Shown here: positions 1-9,334 of the stretch, piece after piece | Layout of the letters: the number at the start of each line of letters is the position of its first letter | How positions within the stretch are numbered: position 1 is the stretch's first letter | Assembly: GCA_964549165.1 (NCBI GenBank) | Contig: CAZJUH010000001.1 | Coordinates: 74,566-138,565, forward strand | Length of the DNA stretch: 64,000 nt | Direction: 5' to 3' | From: an uncultured Gammaproteobacteria bacterium | Lineage (GTDB): Bacteria; Patescibacteriota; Microgenomatia; UBA12405 | Translations under genes and position numbers: made by a program | Notes under the pieces: model-generated | What the model was told of the DNA's origin: nothing | The model's database searches: none | The model's input: the letters and a program-made list of their open reading frames with translations, nothing else

Positions 1-1
1 T

Positions 2-751
2 GGCTTTATTTTTATTCTCTCTGGCTCCTTGTCTTATCTTTTAGCTGGCCGCACTCTTCGCCCAATTCAAAAAATGACTGAAGAGCAAAAACGTTTTATT
101 AGCGATGCTTCTCATGAGTTAAAAACTCCTCTAACTGGTCTTAAATCCCTTTTTGAAGTTTCTCTTCGCGATAAAAAAATTAATTTAGCTGAGGCCAAAA
201 ATGTGATCAAAGAAGGCCTTTCTCAAACAAATCAACTTCAGCTTCTTTCCGATTCTCTTTTAGAGCTCAATTATTTAAGTAGTTCCTCCTCTTTAAGCCA
301 AGAGTCCATCTCTATTAAAAAAATTATGACTGAGACGGTTAAAAAAATTAAACCCAAAGCCGATTTTAAAAAAATTATCATTAAAACAAAAACTGTTTCT
401 GGTGAAATTACTGTTGATCATCAAAAAATTGAAGAATTGTTTTTGATCCTACTCGACAATGCGATTAAATATAGTCCCGAGTCCCGGCCTATTAAATTTA
501 TGGCTCATAAAGCAAACAAAAATATTATTTTTAAAGTTATTGATCAGGGAATTGGCATTTCTAAAAAGGACCTTCCTTTTATTTTTGATCGTTTTTATCA
601 AGCCGACAATGCCCGCACCAAGGGCTCAAACTCTGGCTATGGGCTTGGGCTTTGTATTGCCAAGACGATCGTCAAGCAGCATCAGGGTCAAATAAAGGTT
701 AATAGTCTCCTTGGCCGGGGCAGTGAATTTCAAATTATTTTACCGATATAA
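2..751 (+). CDS. sensor histidine kinase, C-terminal HisKA + HATPase_c part; 5' end runs off the window (frame is open to position 2)
   Basis: H-box FISDASHELKTPL, N-box LLDNAIKYS, G1 box DQGIGISKKDLPFIFDRFYQAD, G2 box GYGLGLCIAKTIV; no stop between the window edge and the first listed codon. Confidence 0.8.
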   Translation, partial: GFIFILSGSLSYLLAGRTLRPIQKMTEEQKRFISDASHELKTPLTGLKSLFEVSLRDKKINLAEAKNVIKEGLSQTNQLQLLSDSLLELNYLSSSSSLSQESISIKKIMTETVKKIKPKADFKKIIIKTKTVSGEITVDHQKIEELFLILLDNAIKYSPESRPIKFMAHKANKNIIFKVIDQGIGISKKDLPFIFDRFYQADNARTKGSNSGYGLGLCIAKTIVKQHQGQIKVNSLLGRGSEFQIILPI

Positions 752-793
752 ATCTTCAGTTTTCTTTCAGCTTAAATTTTCATAATCAGCGTC

Positions 794-2107
794 ATGAAAT
801 CAATTAAAAAAATAAAAAACAAATTTTTCTCTTTCCCTCTCTTTTTAAAAATTATTTTTTCTCTAATTCTTCTCGGACTCATTTATTTCTCAGTAAAAAA
901 AATATTTTTTTCCTCAAACTCTGAGCCTCAATATAAAACTACTCAAGTCCAAAAGAGTAACATTGTTCAAAGCATTTCTGCCACCGGTTCTATTACCGGT
1001 GGTAATAATACTAGTATTTACACCAGCGCTTCTGGAATTGTCACGGCTCTTTATGCCAAAAATGGAGATAGCGTCAAACAAGGCCAAAAAATTGCCCAAA
1101 TTCAACTTGATCAAGATGGTCAAAAAAAACAAAGCAGTGCCTGGGCTTCTTATTTAAGTGCCAAAAACGCTGTTACTTCAGCTGAGCAAAATAAGCTGAC
1201 TCTTCAAAACCAGTTTGAATCATCTAAACTAGCTTTTGATCAGGCCGAGGATGCTGTCAATAAAATAGAAGACTTTACTAAAACTGACCTTCAAAAAGAG
1301 GTTATTAATATCAACTACAGTACCAGTCAAAGGTCTTTGACTCTATCGGAGCAAAAATATGCCACGGCCGACTTGGCTATTGCCATTGCCAAAGCTCAGC
1401 TTTCAGCCGCCTGGTATTCTTATCAGCAATCATCGAATACCATTTATGCCCCAGCCACAGGAGTATTAACCAATTTCGCCCTAACGAAAGGAATGTCCGT
1501 GGCGAATTTATCTTCTGATTCTACTAATTCCACTAGCAGCTCTGCTACCCAGTCTGTTGGCATTATCGCCAATCCCAATAATCAAACCACTGCCTCAATT
1601 TCCTTGACAGAAATTGATGTCATTAGCGTCAAGCCAGGTCAAAAAGTAACCATGACCATGGACGCCTTTCCCGACAAAACTTTCACTGGAGAAGTTTTGG
1701 CTCTCAATACTAGTGGCCAATCATCTAGTGGCGTCACCTCTTATCCAACTATCATTGTTTTTGATAATAGTCTTGACAATAGGTATCCCAACATGTCGGT
1801 TAGCGCCAATATCATTATCGATTCTAAAACTGATGTTTTGACTATTCCCACTTCCGCCCTTCAAACTACCGATGGAATTTCAACTGTTAAAGTCCTAAAA
1901 GATGGTCAAATTTCTCAAGAAACAGTTGAAGTCGGTATTTCTGACAATACCAATACCGAAATTATTTCAGGCCTAAACGAAGGAGAGGTTGTTGTCGTTT
2001 CCACCACCAGTGCTACGACTAATAATGGTATTTCTACCTCCACCACCAAATCGGTTTTTAGTGGGAGCGGGATTGGTGGTATGGGTGGTGGCGGCATGCG
2101 CCCTTAA
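794..2107 (+). CDS. HlyD/MacA-family periplasmic adaptor subunit of a tripartite efflux system
   Basis: N-terminal TM anchor, long coiled-coil-like middle region, biotin-lipoyl-like and beta-barrel segments (SITGGNNTSIYTSASGIVTALYAKNGDSVKQGQKIAQI); directly precedes an ABC ATPase and an FtsX permease; Gly/Met-rich tail. Confidence 0.7.
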   Translation: MKSIKKIKNKFFSFPLFLKIIFSLILLGLIYFSVKKIFFSSNSEPQYKTTQVQKSNIVQSISATGSITGGNNTSIYTSASGIVTALYAKNGDSVKQGQKIAQIQLDQDGQKKQSSAWASYLSAKNAVTSAEQNKLTLQNQFESSKLAFDQAEDAVNKIEDFTKTDLQKEVININYSTSQRSLTLSEQKYATADLAIAIAKAQLSAAWYSYQQSSNTIYAPATGVLTNFALTKGMSVANLSSDSTNSTSSSATQSVGIIANPNNQTTASISLTEIDVISVKPGQKVTMTMDAFPDKTFTGEVLALNTSGQSSSGVTSYPTIIVFDNSLDNRYPNMSVSANIIIDSKTDVLTIPTSALQTTDGISTVKVLKDGQISQETVEVGISDNTNTEIISGLNEGEVVVVSTTSATTNNGISTSTTKSVFSGSGIGGMGGGGMRP

Positions 2108-2111
2108 AAAT

Positions 2112-2834
2112 ATGAAAAAGGTTCCAATTATTTCCATAAAAAATCTTTCTAAAATTTATCAAACTGACGTATTAAAAACTGTCGCTTTAGATAATGTTTC
2201 TTTTGATATTCAAAAAGGGGAGTATGTCGCCATTATGGGTCCCTCAGGTTCGGGAAAATCTACCCTAATGCACATTATTGGCGCTCTTGACAAGCCTACT
2301 TCTGGAATTTATTTTCTCGATGGTCAAAACGTCTCGAAGTTAGATGATGACCAGCTGGCTGAAATTCGTAATCAAAAAATAGGTTTTATTTTTCAGGCTT
2401 ATAATTTACTGCCCCGAACTACAACCGTCAAAAATGTCATGCTCCCTATGGCTTATGCCAACATAGAAAAAGGAGAAAGAGAAAATAGAGCCATTAAATA
2501 TTTAAATTTAGTTGGTCTGGGCGATCATCTAAAACACACTAGCAATCAACTTTCCGGTGGTCAACAACAGCGTGTAGCCATTGCCCGGGCCTTAAGCATG
2601 CACCCCTCAGTCCTTTTGGCTGATGAACCAACTGGTAATATTGCCACCGTTCAGGCTGAAGAAATTATGGCTATCTTTCAAAAAATTAACGATGAAGGAA
2701 ACACTATTATTATGATTACTCATGAAGAAGATATTGCCAGACATGCAAAAAGAATTATTGTTGTTCGTGACGGCAAGATTGTTTCTGATGATTTAAATCA
2801 TCAACAGGTCGTTATTAATAATCAAAAATCATGA
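2112..2834 (+). CDS. ABC transporter ATP-binding protein (MacB/LolD-type ATPase)
   Basis: Walker A GPSGSGKST, ABC signature LSGGQQQRVAIARAL, Walker B LLADEPTGN; start taken at ATG 2112 (MKKVPII), not the alternative-start ORF beginning at 1989. Confidence 0.9.
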   Translation: MKKVPIISIKNLSKIYQTDVLKTVALDNVSFDIQKGEYVAIMGPSGSGKSTLMHIIGALDKPTSGIYFLDGQNVSKLDDDQLAEIRNQKIGFIFQAYNLLPRTTTVKNVMLPMAYANIEKGERENRAIKYLNLVGLGDHLKHTSNQLSGGQQQRVAIARALSMHPSVLLADEPTGNIATVQAEEIMAIFQKINDEGNTIIMITHEEDIARHAKRIIVVRDGKIVSDDLNHQQVVINNQKS

Positions 2835-4057
2835 AACTTAAAGAATTATTTTTAGAAAGTCTTGGGACTTTGACCTTAAACAAAACCCGGACCTTCCTCG
2901 CAATACTAGGAATTGTCATTGGAATAGGGAGTGTAATTGCTCTCATGTCCCTTGGTCAAGCGACTCAAAAATCGATTCAGAATCAAATCGAATCTCTTGG
3001 TTCCAATCTTTTGACGGTTCAGCCTGGGGCGATGCGAACTAATTCTGGTGTTCGCAGTGCTCCTGGTAGTCGCACCAGCCTAACCTTAGCCGACGCCAAA
3101 GCCATTGAGTCATCAACTGAAATTACGACTATTGACAAAGTGTCGCCGGAATATTCCTCTCGAACCCAGATTATTACTAGTCAAGGTAATTCCAATTCTC
3201 AGGTTATTGGCGTGACCCCAAACTATCAAAGCGTCCACAAAATTTCCCTTGAAGACGGGACTTTTATTACCGAGGCCGATGTTGATAGTTTAAAAAAAGT
3301 GACCGTCATCGGTCCAAATGTGGTGGCTACTCTCTTTCCCGGTGGAGATAATCCTATCGGTCAAAACATAAGAGTAAATAACCAAAGTTTAACTGTGGTT
3401 GGAGTTACCACCGCCAAAGGTGGTACTGGTTTTAATAATCAAGATGATATTGTTTACGTACCTCTGAGCACGGCCCAAAAACAAATTTTTGGTGTTAATT
3501 ATTTAAGCTCGATTGCTCTTGAGGCCAAAAGTGCCGATCTGATGGTGGCTGCTCAAGATGAAATTGGTTATTTTCTTCTCAGTCGCCACAAAATTTCTGA
3601 TGTTTCTGAGGCCGATTTTACGATTATGTCCCAGCAGGATATGATTAATACCATTAGCTCTACCACCGCCACCTTTACTACTCTTTTAGCCGGAGTTGCC
3701 GCCATCTCTCTGTTGGTTGGTGGTATTGGCATTATGAATATAATGCTTGTCACTGTTACCGAGCGAACTCGGGAAATCGGTCTTAGAAAAGCCCTTGGCG
3801 CCAAAAAGAAAACTATTACGACGCAGTTTTTGATTGAATCTGTAATTCTTACTTTTACGGGTGGTATTATTGGCATTATTTTTGGAATTATTACTTCCTT
3901 TATTATTTCAAGAGTAACCTCTTCTCTTTTTATTGTTTCCCCTGGCTCCGTCTTTTTGGCTTTTTCTGTCTCCACTCTTATTGGTATTTTATTTGGTTGG
4001 TATCCTGCGAGCAAGGCTGCGAAGCTTGAACCAATCGACGCTCTAAGATATGAATAA
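2831..4057 (+). CDS. ABC transporter permease, FtsX/MacB family with large periplasmic domain
   Basis: N-terminal TM, ~250-aa extracytoplasmic domain, C-terminal FtsX-like 3-TM region (ERTREIGLRKALGA); ATGA overlap with the upstream ATPase gene. Confidence 0.85.
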   Translation: MKLKELFLESLGTLTLNKTRTFLAILGIVIGIGSVIALMSLGQATQKSIQNQIESLGSNLLTVQPGAMRTNSGVRSAPGSRTSLTLADAKAIESSTEITTIDKVSPEYSSRTQIITSQGNSNSQVIGVTPNYQSVHKISLEDGTFITEADVDSLKKVTVIGPNVVATLFPGGDNPIGQNIRVNNQSLTVVGVTTAKGGTGFNNQDDIVYVPLSTAQKQIFGVNYLSSIALEAKSADLMVAAQDEIGYFLLSRHKISDVSEADFTIMSQQDMINTISSTTATFTTLLAGVAAISLLVGGIGIMNIMLVTVTERTREIGLRKALGAKKKTITTQFLIESVILTFTGGIIGIIFGIITSFIISRVTSSLFIVSPGSVFLAFSVSTLIGILFGWYPASKAAKLEPIDALRYE

Positions 4058-4110
4058 TTCAGTTTATTATTAGAAATAATTATTATTTATTATTAAATTT
4101 ATTAAAAAAT

Positions 4111-4581
4111 ATGAAAACAAATAAAATATTTCCACTCATTGTTCTTTTTGTTCTTGTTTCTCTCGGTTCTTTTCTTATCGGTATTAAGTATCAGCAAAAA
4201 AAAGTTTTTTCCAATTTCGGTCAATTAGCTTCAACAGGTAACCCCCAAGGTCTTGGTCGAAACACCAAAAGACCGGATGAACTTAATAATATTGATCAAA
4301 AAAATCGTGGCCAAGCTCTTGGTTTTAGACAAACTTTTGGAGAAATTATTAGTCTTGACGATAAATCAATTACAATTAAATTGACTGATGGCAGTTCCAA
4401 AATAATTTTACTTTCCGAATCTACCTTAATTAATCAATCCGTTGAGGCTTCTCTTTCAGACCTAAAAGTTGGCACCAAAGTTTCTGTTAACGGTGACACT
4501 AACACTGGTGGTTCAGTCACCGGTCGCAGTATTGAAATTAATCCTGTCTTTGCCACTATTTCTCCAATTCCTACAAGATAA
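4111..4581 (+). CDS. hypothetical secreted/membrane-anchored protein
   Basis: N-terminal hydrophobic segment, no recognisable motifs; last gene of the efflux operon. Confidence 0.4.
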   Translation: MKTNKIFPLIVLFVLVSLGSFLIGIKYQQKKVFSNFGQLASTGNPQGLGRNTKRPDELNNIDQKNRGQALGFRQTFGEIISLDDKSITIKLTDGSSKIILLSESTLINQSVEASLSDLKVGTKVSVNGDTNTGGSVTGRSIEINPVFATISPIPTR

Positions 4582-4603
4582 TTTCTAATTATCATTCTTG
4601 ACT

Positions 4604-4717
4604 CTTTGGCGGCATTGGGGCCTGGGATTAGTCTGTCTCTATAACACCCATATTATTACTGTCTTATTTTATCAACCTTTTGTGGCTAAATGAGACAAAT
4701 GAGACAGTATAAAAAAC
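4604..4717 (+). repeat. copy A of a ~115-bp intergenic repeat (ctttggcgg..ggtctggga..ctgtctctataacac..gtcttatttt..cttttgtagctaaatgagacaaatgagacagtataaaaaa)
   Basis: near-identical 3' 45 bp and a similar 5' part shared with copies at 7817-7932 and 12869-12984, all in the same orientation; internal inverted GAGACA/TGTCTC hexamers. Confidence 0.7.
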
Positions 4718-4800
4718 TCCAAACATCTTTAGAACTTAATATCTCAAAAAACGCGCAATAAAAACTTTAATCTGTTTTTAGGCAAAAAATTATTAAAAAA

Positions 4801-5208
4801 TCAATCAAAGGGATTATTTATTAAATGTTCGAACGGCATCTGCTCAGGAATTATGCCGATTGATTTGCCATATTCTCGTGCCTGAATCAATTGTGGATCA
4901 TTATCCCCAAAATCAAAAACCCTGTCTTTAAATACAACAGTCATCCTGCCGTTTTTACATAAATGTGTGTAAAACCCATCCTTAATATCAGTTTTTGCTT
5001 GCTTAACATATCCGTCTTTTATGGAATCAGAAACTTCAACTTTATGAAAGGTCATTACCCTGTTCTCTTTTTCCAGTTTCTCAACATCTGTGTGTACTAT
5101 TCTAGCCATGGCCAAAATCGATTTATCTTGTAAACTCTCTTCAAGCACAACTCCTTGCCATAAATTTAATTGATTTTCATTTTTATCCATATTTATCATA
5201 AAAACCAT
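4801..5208 (-). CDS. hypothetical protein
   Basis: 135-aa ORF with no recognisable motifs. Confidence 0.35.
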   Translation of the reverse strand: MVFMINMDKNENQLNLWQGVVLEESLQDKSILAMARIVHTDVEKLEKENRVMTFHKVEVSDSIKDGYVKQAKTDIKDGFYTHLCKNGRMTVVFKDRVFDFGDNDPQLIQAREYGKSIGIIPEQMPFEHLINNPFD

Positions 5209-5311
5209 TAATTATGTGTATTTTAATTTCTATAACAAAAATTGTCAAATAAGATCATTTATTACAATACATATGGGCAATATTCTTCGTTATATTTGGT
5301 AATTAACTTAG

Positions 5312-5817
5312 TTAGATCATTTCGCAACCAAGGTGTTTGAACTTCATAATAATCATAATTACTCCAATCCTCGAGTGTTTTTTGGGGGGGGTAAAACCAT
5401 GTTTGACAGCTTGATCATATAAAGGAGTACCTGGGAAAGGAGTGTAAATGTGTGCTTTTACTTCATGGATTGAACCTTTTTTCATGATTTTTTCACCAAA
5501 ATTCAACGTTCTTTTTATATTTTCTTCGGGAAAACCAGGATAACCAACAATAATGGTAAAACTACCGTGTATTTCAAAATTCTTTAACATCCTCGCCACC
5601 TTCAATACTTCTTTGGTTGTTACCCCTTTTTGAATAAATTTAAGCTCGTCTTCATTTCCAGATTCTGCTCCTATAAGAATTCTGGATAAACCGCTCTTCT
5701 TCAACAAAGAGAACTCTTCCTTTGTATATGACAACAAACTCTTTGGATGTGCCGATGCGGCCCAATTTATTTTCCAGTCTTTTTCGATTACATTTTGAGC
5801 AAATGCTAATACTCTTT
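5312..5817 (-). pseudogene. radical SAM (B12-binding class-like) gene remnant: N-terminally truncated at the IS boundary and frameshifted at a G8 homopolymer
   Basis: translation resembles the C-terminal half of B12-binding radical SAM enzymes (ILIGAESGNEDEL, IIVGYPGFPEE); the reading frame stays open up to a TGA abutting the IS end at 5818; the G8 run at ~5383-5390 is followed by a nonsense tail (IGVIMIIMKFKHLGCEMI). Confidence 0.55.
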
Positions 5818-5834
5818 GTCAAGTACCCCATTTG

Positions 5835-6692
5835 TTAAACCACTTTTTCTATAAGGTTTAGTTTTTGAAGATATTGTTGTTTGAATTGGATCGGAGACAT
5901 CTTGAGACTAGTGTGGATTCTGGTTTGGTTGTAGTAATTAATTGTTTGGTGAATAGCTTCGACAAATTCACCAACTGAATTAAACCTATCAAACTCTAAA
6001 CCAAGATCAGTTTTGAAATTATCATAGAAAGATTCCTGATAACCATTTTCCCAAGGTGAAGCTTTTTTACTCATGGATACTGTTACACCCAGATCAGTGA
6101 TTAGTTTGGTGTAATCATGGCAATTGTACTCTACTCCCTGATCTGAATGAACAAATTTAGGCAAGATTCCTTTGTTTTCAAAAGCATCAAAAAAGGCATT
6201 GATAACTAAATCTTTGGTATGTCTGGCTGATAAGCTCCAACCAACAATTTCTCTAGTGAAAAGATCCATGAAAGTACAAAGGTAAATAAATCTGGAATTA
6301 AATCTAAGATAAGTAAAATCTGACACCCAGGTGACATTGGGAACAATGGGAAAACTACCTTTAATTTGATTGGTAAAAGCAGCTTCCGTCCTTCTTTCAT
6401 CTCTTCGTTTTCGCCATTTTCTTTTTCTCTTATACGGTTTGATATTAAATTGTTTCATCACCCGACGGATTCTTTTCTTGTTAACGCCTAAGGCAATAGC
6501 GATTCTTCTGTGACCATAACTGGGGTTTGATTCCAAAACAGACAGGATTTGTGCTTTTAATTGTTCGTCTTGATTTGGTTTAGAAGAACAGTAAAAGTAA
6601 ACATCACGAGAAATTCCTAAAAGTTTAATTATTTGGTTTTTACTGGCTTTAATCAAACTGTTATCTAGTTTGATTTTAATGACATCAAACAA
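5835..6692 (-). CDS. IS3-family transposase OrfB (DDE integrase catalytic domain)
   Basis: HRRIAIAL.. integrase-core region, YTYLRFN, HSDQGVEY motifs typical of IS3/IS150 OrfB. Confidence 0.85.
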   Translation of the reverse strand: MFDVIKIKLDNSLIKASKNQIIKLLGISRDVYFYCSSKPNQDEQLKAQILSVLESNPSYGHRRIAIALGVNKKRIRRVMKQFNIKPYKRKRKWRKRRDERRTEAAFTNQIKGSFPIVPNVTWVSDFTYLRFNSRFIYLCTFMDLFTREIVGWSLSARHTKDLVINAFFDAFENKGILPKFVHSDQGVEYNCHDYTKLITDLGVTVSMSKKASPWENGYQESFYDNFKTDLGLEFDRFNSVGEFVEAIHQTINYYNQTRIHTSLKMSPIQFKQQYLQKLNLIEKVV

Positions 6693-6711
6693 CCATTGAT
6701 AGAAAAGTGAT

Positions 6712-6960
6712 CTACTTTTTCTTTTTTTTTAATTTTTCCAATTCGATAGTTAAAGCCCCAACAATTTCTTTAAGTATTTGGTTTTCTTTCTTAATCTTAC
6801 CCAGTTCTAGGACAGAAATTGTGTCAACTACACCCACCTTTAACCAAGCATAAATAGTTCGATCAGAAACTCCGTATTGTGTAGCCACTTCCTTAACAGT
6901 TTTGCCAGATTTAACTTTGTCTAAGATTTCTTTTTTAACTTCAGAATTAATAGTACTCAT
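6712..6960 (-). CDS. IS3-family transposase OrfA (HTH)
   Basis: 82-aa HTH protein (VKEVATQYGVSDRTIYAWLK) with leucine-zipper-like C-terminus ending in KKKKK over an AAAAAAAG slippery site (programmed -1 frameshift site). Confidence 0.75.
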   Translation of the reverse strand: MSTINSEVKKEILDKVKSGKTVKEVATQYGVSDRTIYAWLKVGVVDTISVLELGKIKKENQILKEIVGALTIELEKLKKKKK

Positions 6961-7002
6961 TTAGTACCTCCTTAAATTATTAAACCACATGCACTAACTG
7001 GT

Positions 7003-7701
7003 TTAGTTTAAGGGGTACCGGTCAACATCCTCAGAGAATTCAAATACATTTGTCCACATTAATTCAACAATTTTATCTATTTCTTGATTATTTATTCTGG
7101 GTAGTAAGAGAGTTACTTTACCGTTATTGTTTTGATATTTTGCATGTCCCAATGACAAACCTCCATGTTCAATCTTTGATCTAACTTCATTAAAAAAATC
7201 ATGCCATTTCCGATCCTCAATGAGCATTTTTGCAAACTCTTTATCTCTTAAACTTCCGCTTTCCATTAGTTGTTTAATACCTTGATCAAATTTGTTTATT
7301 TTTTGAAAAAAGAATCCGATATCTAAACCATATCTTTTTACTAAATATTGTAGAGCTTTGAGTGCAATTTCTCCTTTGATGAAGAAATCTTTAAAATACT
7401 GGTTAACTTGTCGGTCTATCGATTCTTTAACTTCTACAATTTCTCCATTGTTCTGGAATCCCACTATCGTACCCGTCTCTATCTGTTCTCTATGATGCAA
7501 AATCAAAGAAACGAGTTGGTTTTTACTTTCTTGGCAATCATCTAGATTTTCAAGTATGGGGTTGTATAAATCATCAAATTCATTCCTTTCCAAGTCGTTT
7601 TTTACGATTAGGTCTCTTAATTTCATCACGCCAAACATCATCCTTGCATTAAAAGGGTCGTTTGAACCAGTATCTTTATACTTAATTAATGTACCTTGCA
7701 T
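7003..7701 (-). CDS. hypothetical protein (last 5 codons and stop lie inside the IS left inverted repeat)
   Basis: 232-aa ORF with no recognisable motifs; 3' end overlaps the IS terminus. Confidence 0.35.
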   Translation of the reverse strand: MQGTLIKYKDTGSNDPFNARMMFGVMKLRDLIVKNDLERNEFDDLYNPILENLDDCQESKNQLVSLILHHREQIETGTIVGFQNNGEIVEVKESIDRQVNQYFKDFFIKGEIALKALQYLVKRYGLDIGFFFQKINKFDQGIKQLMESGSLRDKEFAKMLIEDRKWHDFFNEVRSKIEHGGLSLGHAKYQNNNGKVTLLLPRINNQEIDKIVELMWTNVFEFSEDVDRYPLN

Positions 7702-7816
7702 TCCTTATTTTACCCTATTACAGGCTATTTCAGTGAAAAATGTTGTATTTGACGAATATATGGCAACAGCTTAGGACAATACTTGACTAGCAAGTGGGTC
7801 GCATAGAACTTTGACC

Positions 7817-7932
7817 CTTTGGCGGAACATTAAGGTCTGGAACCTTTCTGTCCTTATAACACTGTCCCCAACCTCTGTCTTATTTTACCAGTCTTTTGTA
7901 GCTAAATGAGACAAACGAGACAGTATAAAAAA
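7817..7932 (+). repeat. copy B of the ~115-bp intergenic repeat
   Basis: aligns with copies A and C; lies in the divergent promoter region between 7701 and 8036. Confidence 0.7.
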
Positions 7933-8035
7933 GGAATATTTCCACAGATTAGGAAATAATACATATATATTGTATATCTATATATTACAGGATGTTGTTC
8001 CAAAATAGGCACCTATTTGAAAAATACGTAAAATA

Positions 8036-9334
8036 GTGGTAAAACATAGTACTATGAAATCAAAAATCCTGTTCTTGTGGCCACCAGAGATACCATACGA
8101 CTTGACCCTACATTATCACTATACTGACTTTGGCGAAATTGCGGCTTATTTCATGAACCAACCAGATAAATATGAGGTCGATATTTTTGATGGTGGGGTA
8201 TTGGCTTACCTCAAAAAAGAGTACGTTAGCTACCTTCTCAAGGAATATGATTATTTGGTTATTCTAACCTACATTCAAAATACCCATTCTGCCGTTAGGG
8301 CAGCTGATCTATGTAAAAAGATATCTCCCAAAACTAAAATTATTGCCTATGGTTCATCGCCATATTACGTTCCTCAATTTTTTGAGAAGGAACCGTTCGA
8401 TGGTTATGTTTGGGATGGAGATTGGGAACTGGCAATTGAGAGTTTCGTAAAATACCATAATGGAGAAATTACCAAAGAAGAAACAAAAGGTATCTGTATT
8501 GATGAAGGCAAAATCAAAAACAAAGGCGAGTGGCTTGATCCCGCCAAATGGGCTTTTCCTCCATTGGGTTTACTTCCTTTGGATGACTACGACCGAGTCT
8601 TATCACAAAAGAAAACTATCAAGAAATTCGGTGACCGACAAATTAGTGTTACTGTTTCTCGAGGTTGTCCATTCGCCTGTCCATTTTGTAAAGCTTCGGT
8701 AATGTATGGTCGTCAAGAAAAACGCCGACCAGTTGATCAATTTATTAAATATTTGGAGGATAACATCGACAGATTTGACGTTCTTCAAATGTTTGCTCCA
8801 AACTTTACTCTTGATCAAGAATGGACAAAAGAATTTTGCCAAAAAATAATAGATAAAAAGTTAAAACTTGACTGGCGTTGCACCACCAGAGCACAATTAA
8901 TTACCCCAGAACTTGCTGAAATAATGGCAAAAGCAGGATGTAAATCTATTGGTATTGGCGTTGAATCTCTTCAGGATGATATTCAGAAAAACATCGGCAA
9001 AGTTCTTAATACTCATCAAATTTTGGACACATTTAGAACCCTAAAAAAAGTTGGTATTATTCCCAAAGGTTACATCATGCTGGGACTACCCGGTCAGACA
9101 CGTGAAGATGTTTATAAAACAATTCGCATGATTACAGAAGCTGGCGGAGAGGTTCGTCCAAGTTCATATTCGCCATACCAGAATCTAAATCGTCAATCGA
9201 CCTTAAAAGAAATTGCGGCTATGAATCGTTACACCTACGATATTAATGCCGTTAAAGGCTTAAATCCAGTTGAGTTCTTAAAAATTGTCTTCGAAAGAGA
9301 TCTTGAAGATCATCAACATCATTATGAAGATTAA
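8036..9334 (+). CDS. B12-binding domain radical SAM protein
   Basis: N-terminal Rossmann-like cobalamin-binding-type region, then the CPFACPFC (CxxxCxxC) radical SAM cluster motif. Confidence 0.8.
   Translation: MVKHSTMKSKILFLWPPEIPYDLTLHYHYTDFGEIAAYFMNQPDKYEVDIFDGGVLAYLKKEYVSYLLKEYDYLVILTYIQNTHSAVRAADLCKKISPKTKIIAYGSSPYYVPQFFEKEPFDGYVWDGDWELAIESFVKYHNGEITKEETKGICIDEGKIKNKGEWLDPAKWAFPPLGLLPLDDYDRVLSQKKTIKKFGDRQISVTVSRGCPFACPFCKASVMYGRQEKRRPVDQFIKYLEDNIDRFDVLQMFAPNFTLDQEWTKEFCQKIIDKKLKLDWRCTTRAQLITPELAEIMAKAGCKSIGIGVESLQDDIQKNIGKVLNTHQILDTFRTLKKVGIIPKGYIMLGLPGQTREDVYKTIRMITEAGGEVRPSSYSPYQNLNRQSTLKEIAAMNRYTYDINAVKGLNPVEFLKIVFERDLEDHQHHYED

Larger units (their letters stand above)
5818..7027 (-). 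mobile_element. IS3-family insertion sequence (~1.2 kb) with imperfect terminal inverted repeats TGTCAAGTACCCCATTTGTTAAACCAC / TGTTGACCGGTACCCCTTAAACTAAACC
   Basis: orfA/orfB arrangement with an A7G slippery site between them, a DDE integrase-core orfB, TG-initiated imperfect IRs; the right-end sequence recurs at 27811-27869. Confidence 0.75.

Noticed and set aside
459-695. Short alternative-frame ORFs overlapping longer genes (for example 459-695, 914-1132, 963-1157, 3568-4014, 6206-6400, 20336-20635, 22431-22691, 49251-49588, 56136-56737, 56849-57070, 61729-62082)
   Set aside because: Each lies entirely inside a longer ORF that carries clear family motifs (histidine kinase, HlyD, FtsX, transposase, methyltransferase, ValRS, GroEL, PPDK). 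Their translations are low-complexity, so they are treated as frame shadows.
2040-2107. Gly/Met-rich C-terminus of the HlyD-family protein (GIGGMGGGGM) resembling the GroEL GGM tail
   Set aside because: Low-complexity similarity only. The rest of the protein is a membrane-fusion adaptor, so no chaperonin relationship is inferred.
1989-2111. Long 5' extensions of ORFs from the six-frame track (1989 for the ABC ATPase, 40734 for the anti-sigma candidate, 58512 for the secreted protein, 60323 for ppdK, 31013 for the P-type ATPase, 9285 for the SPASM radical SAM gene)
   Set aside because: These extensions begin at alternative or arbitrary codons and overlap the upstream gene by 50-120 bp. Internal ATG codons (2112, 40839, 58572, 60353, 30959, 9324) give N-termini that match the expected protein families and the typical short overlaps.
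7003-7701. The 232-aa ORF beside the IS as the missing N-terminal half of the disrupted radical SAM gene
   Set aside because: It contains a single Cys, no CxxxCxxC cluster and no B12-binding-like region. The radical SAM N-terminus therefore appears to have been deleted rather than displaced.
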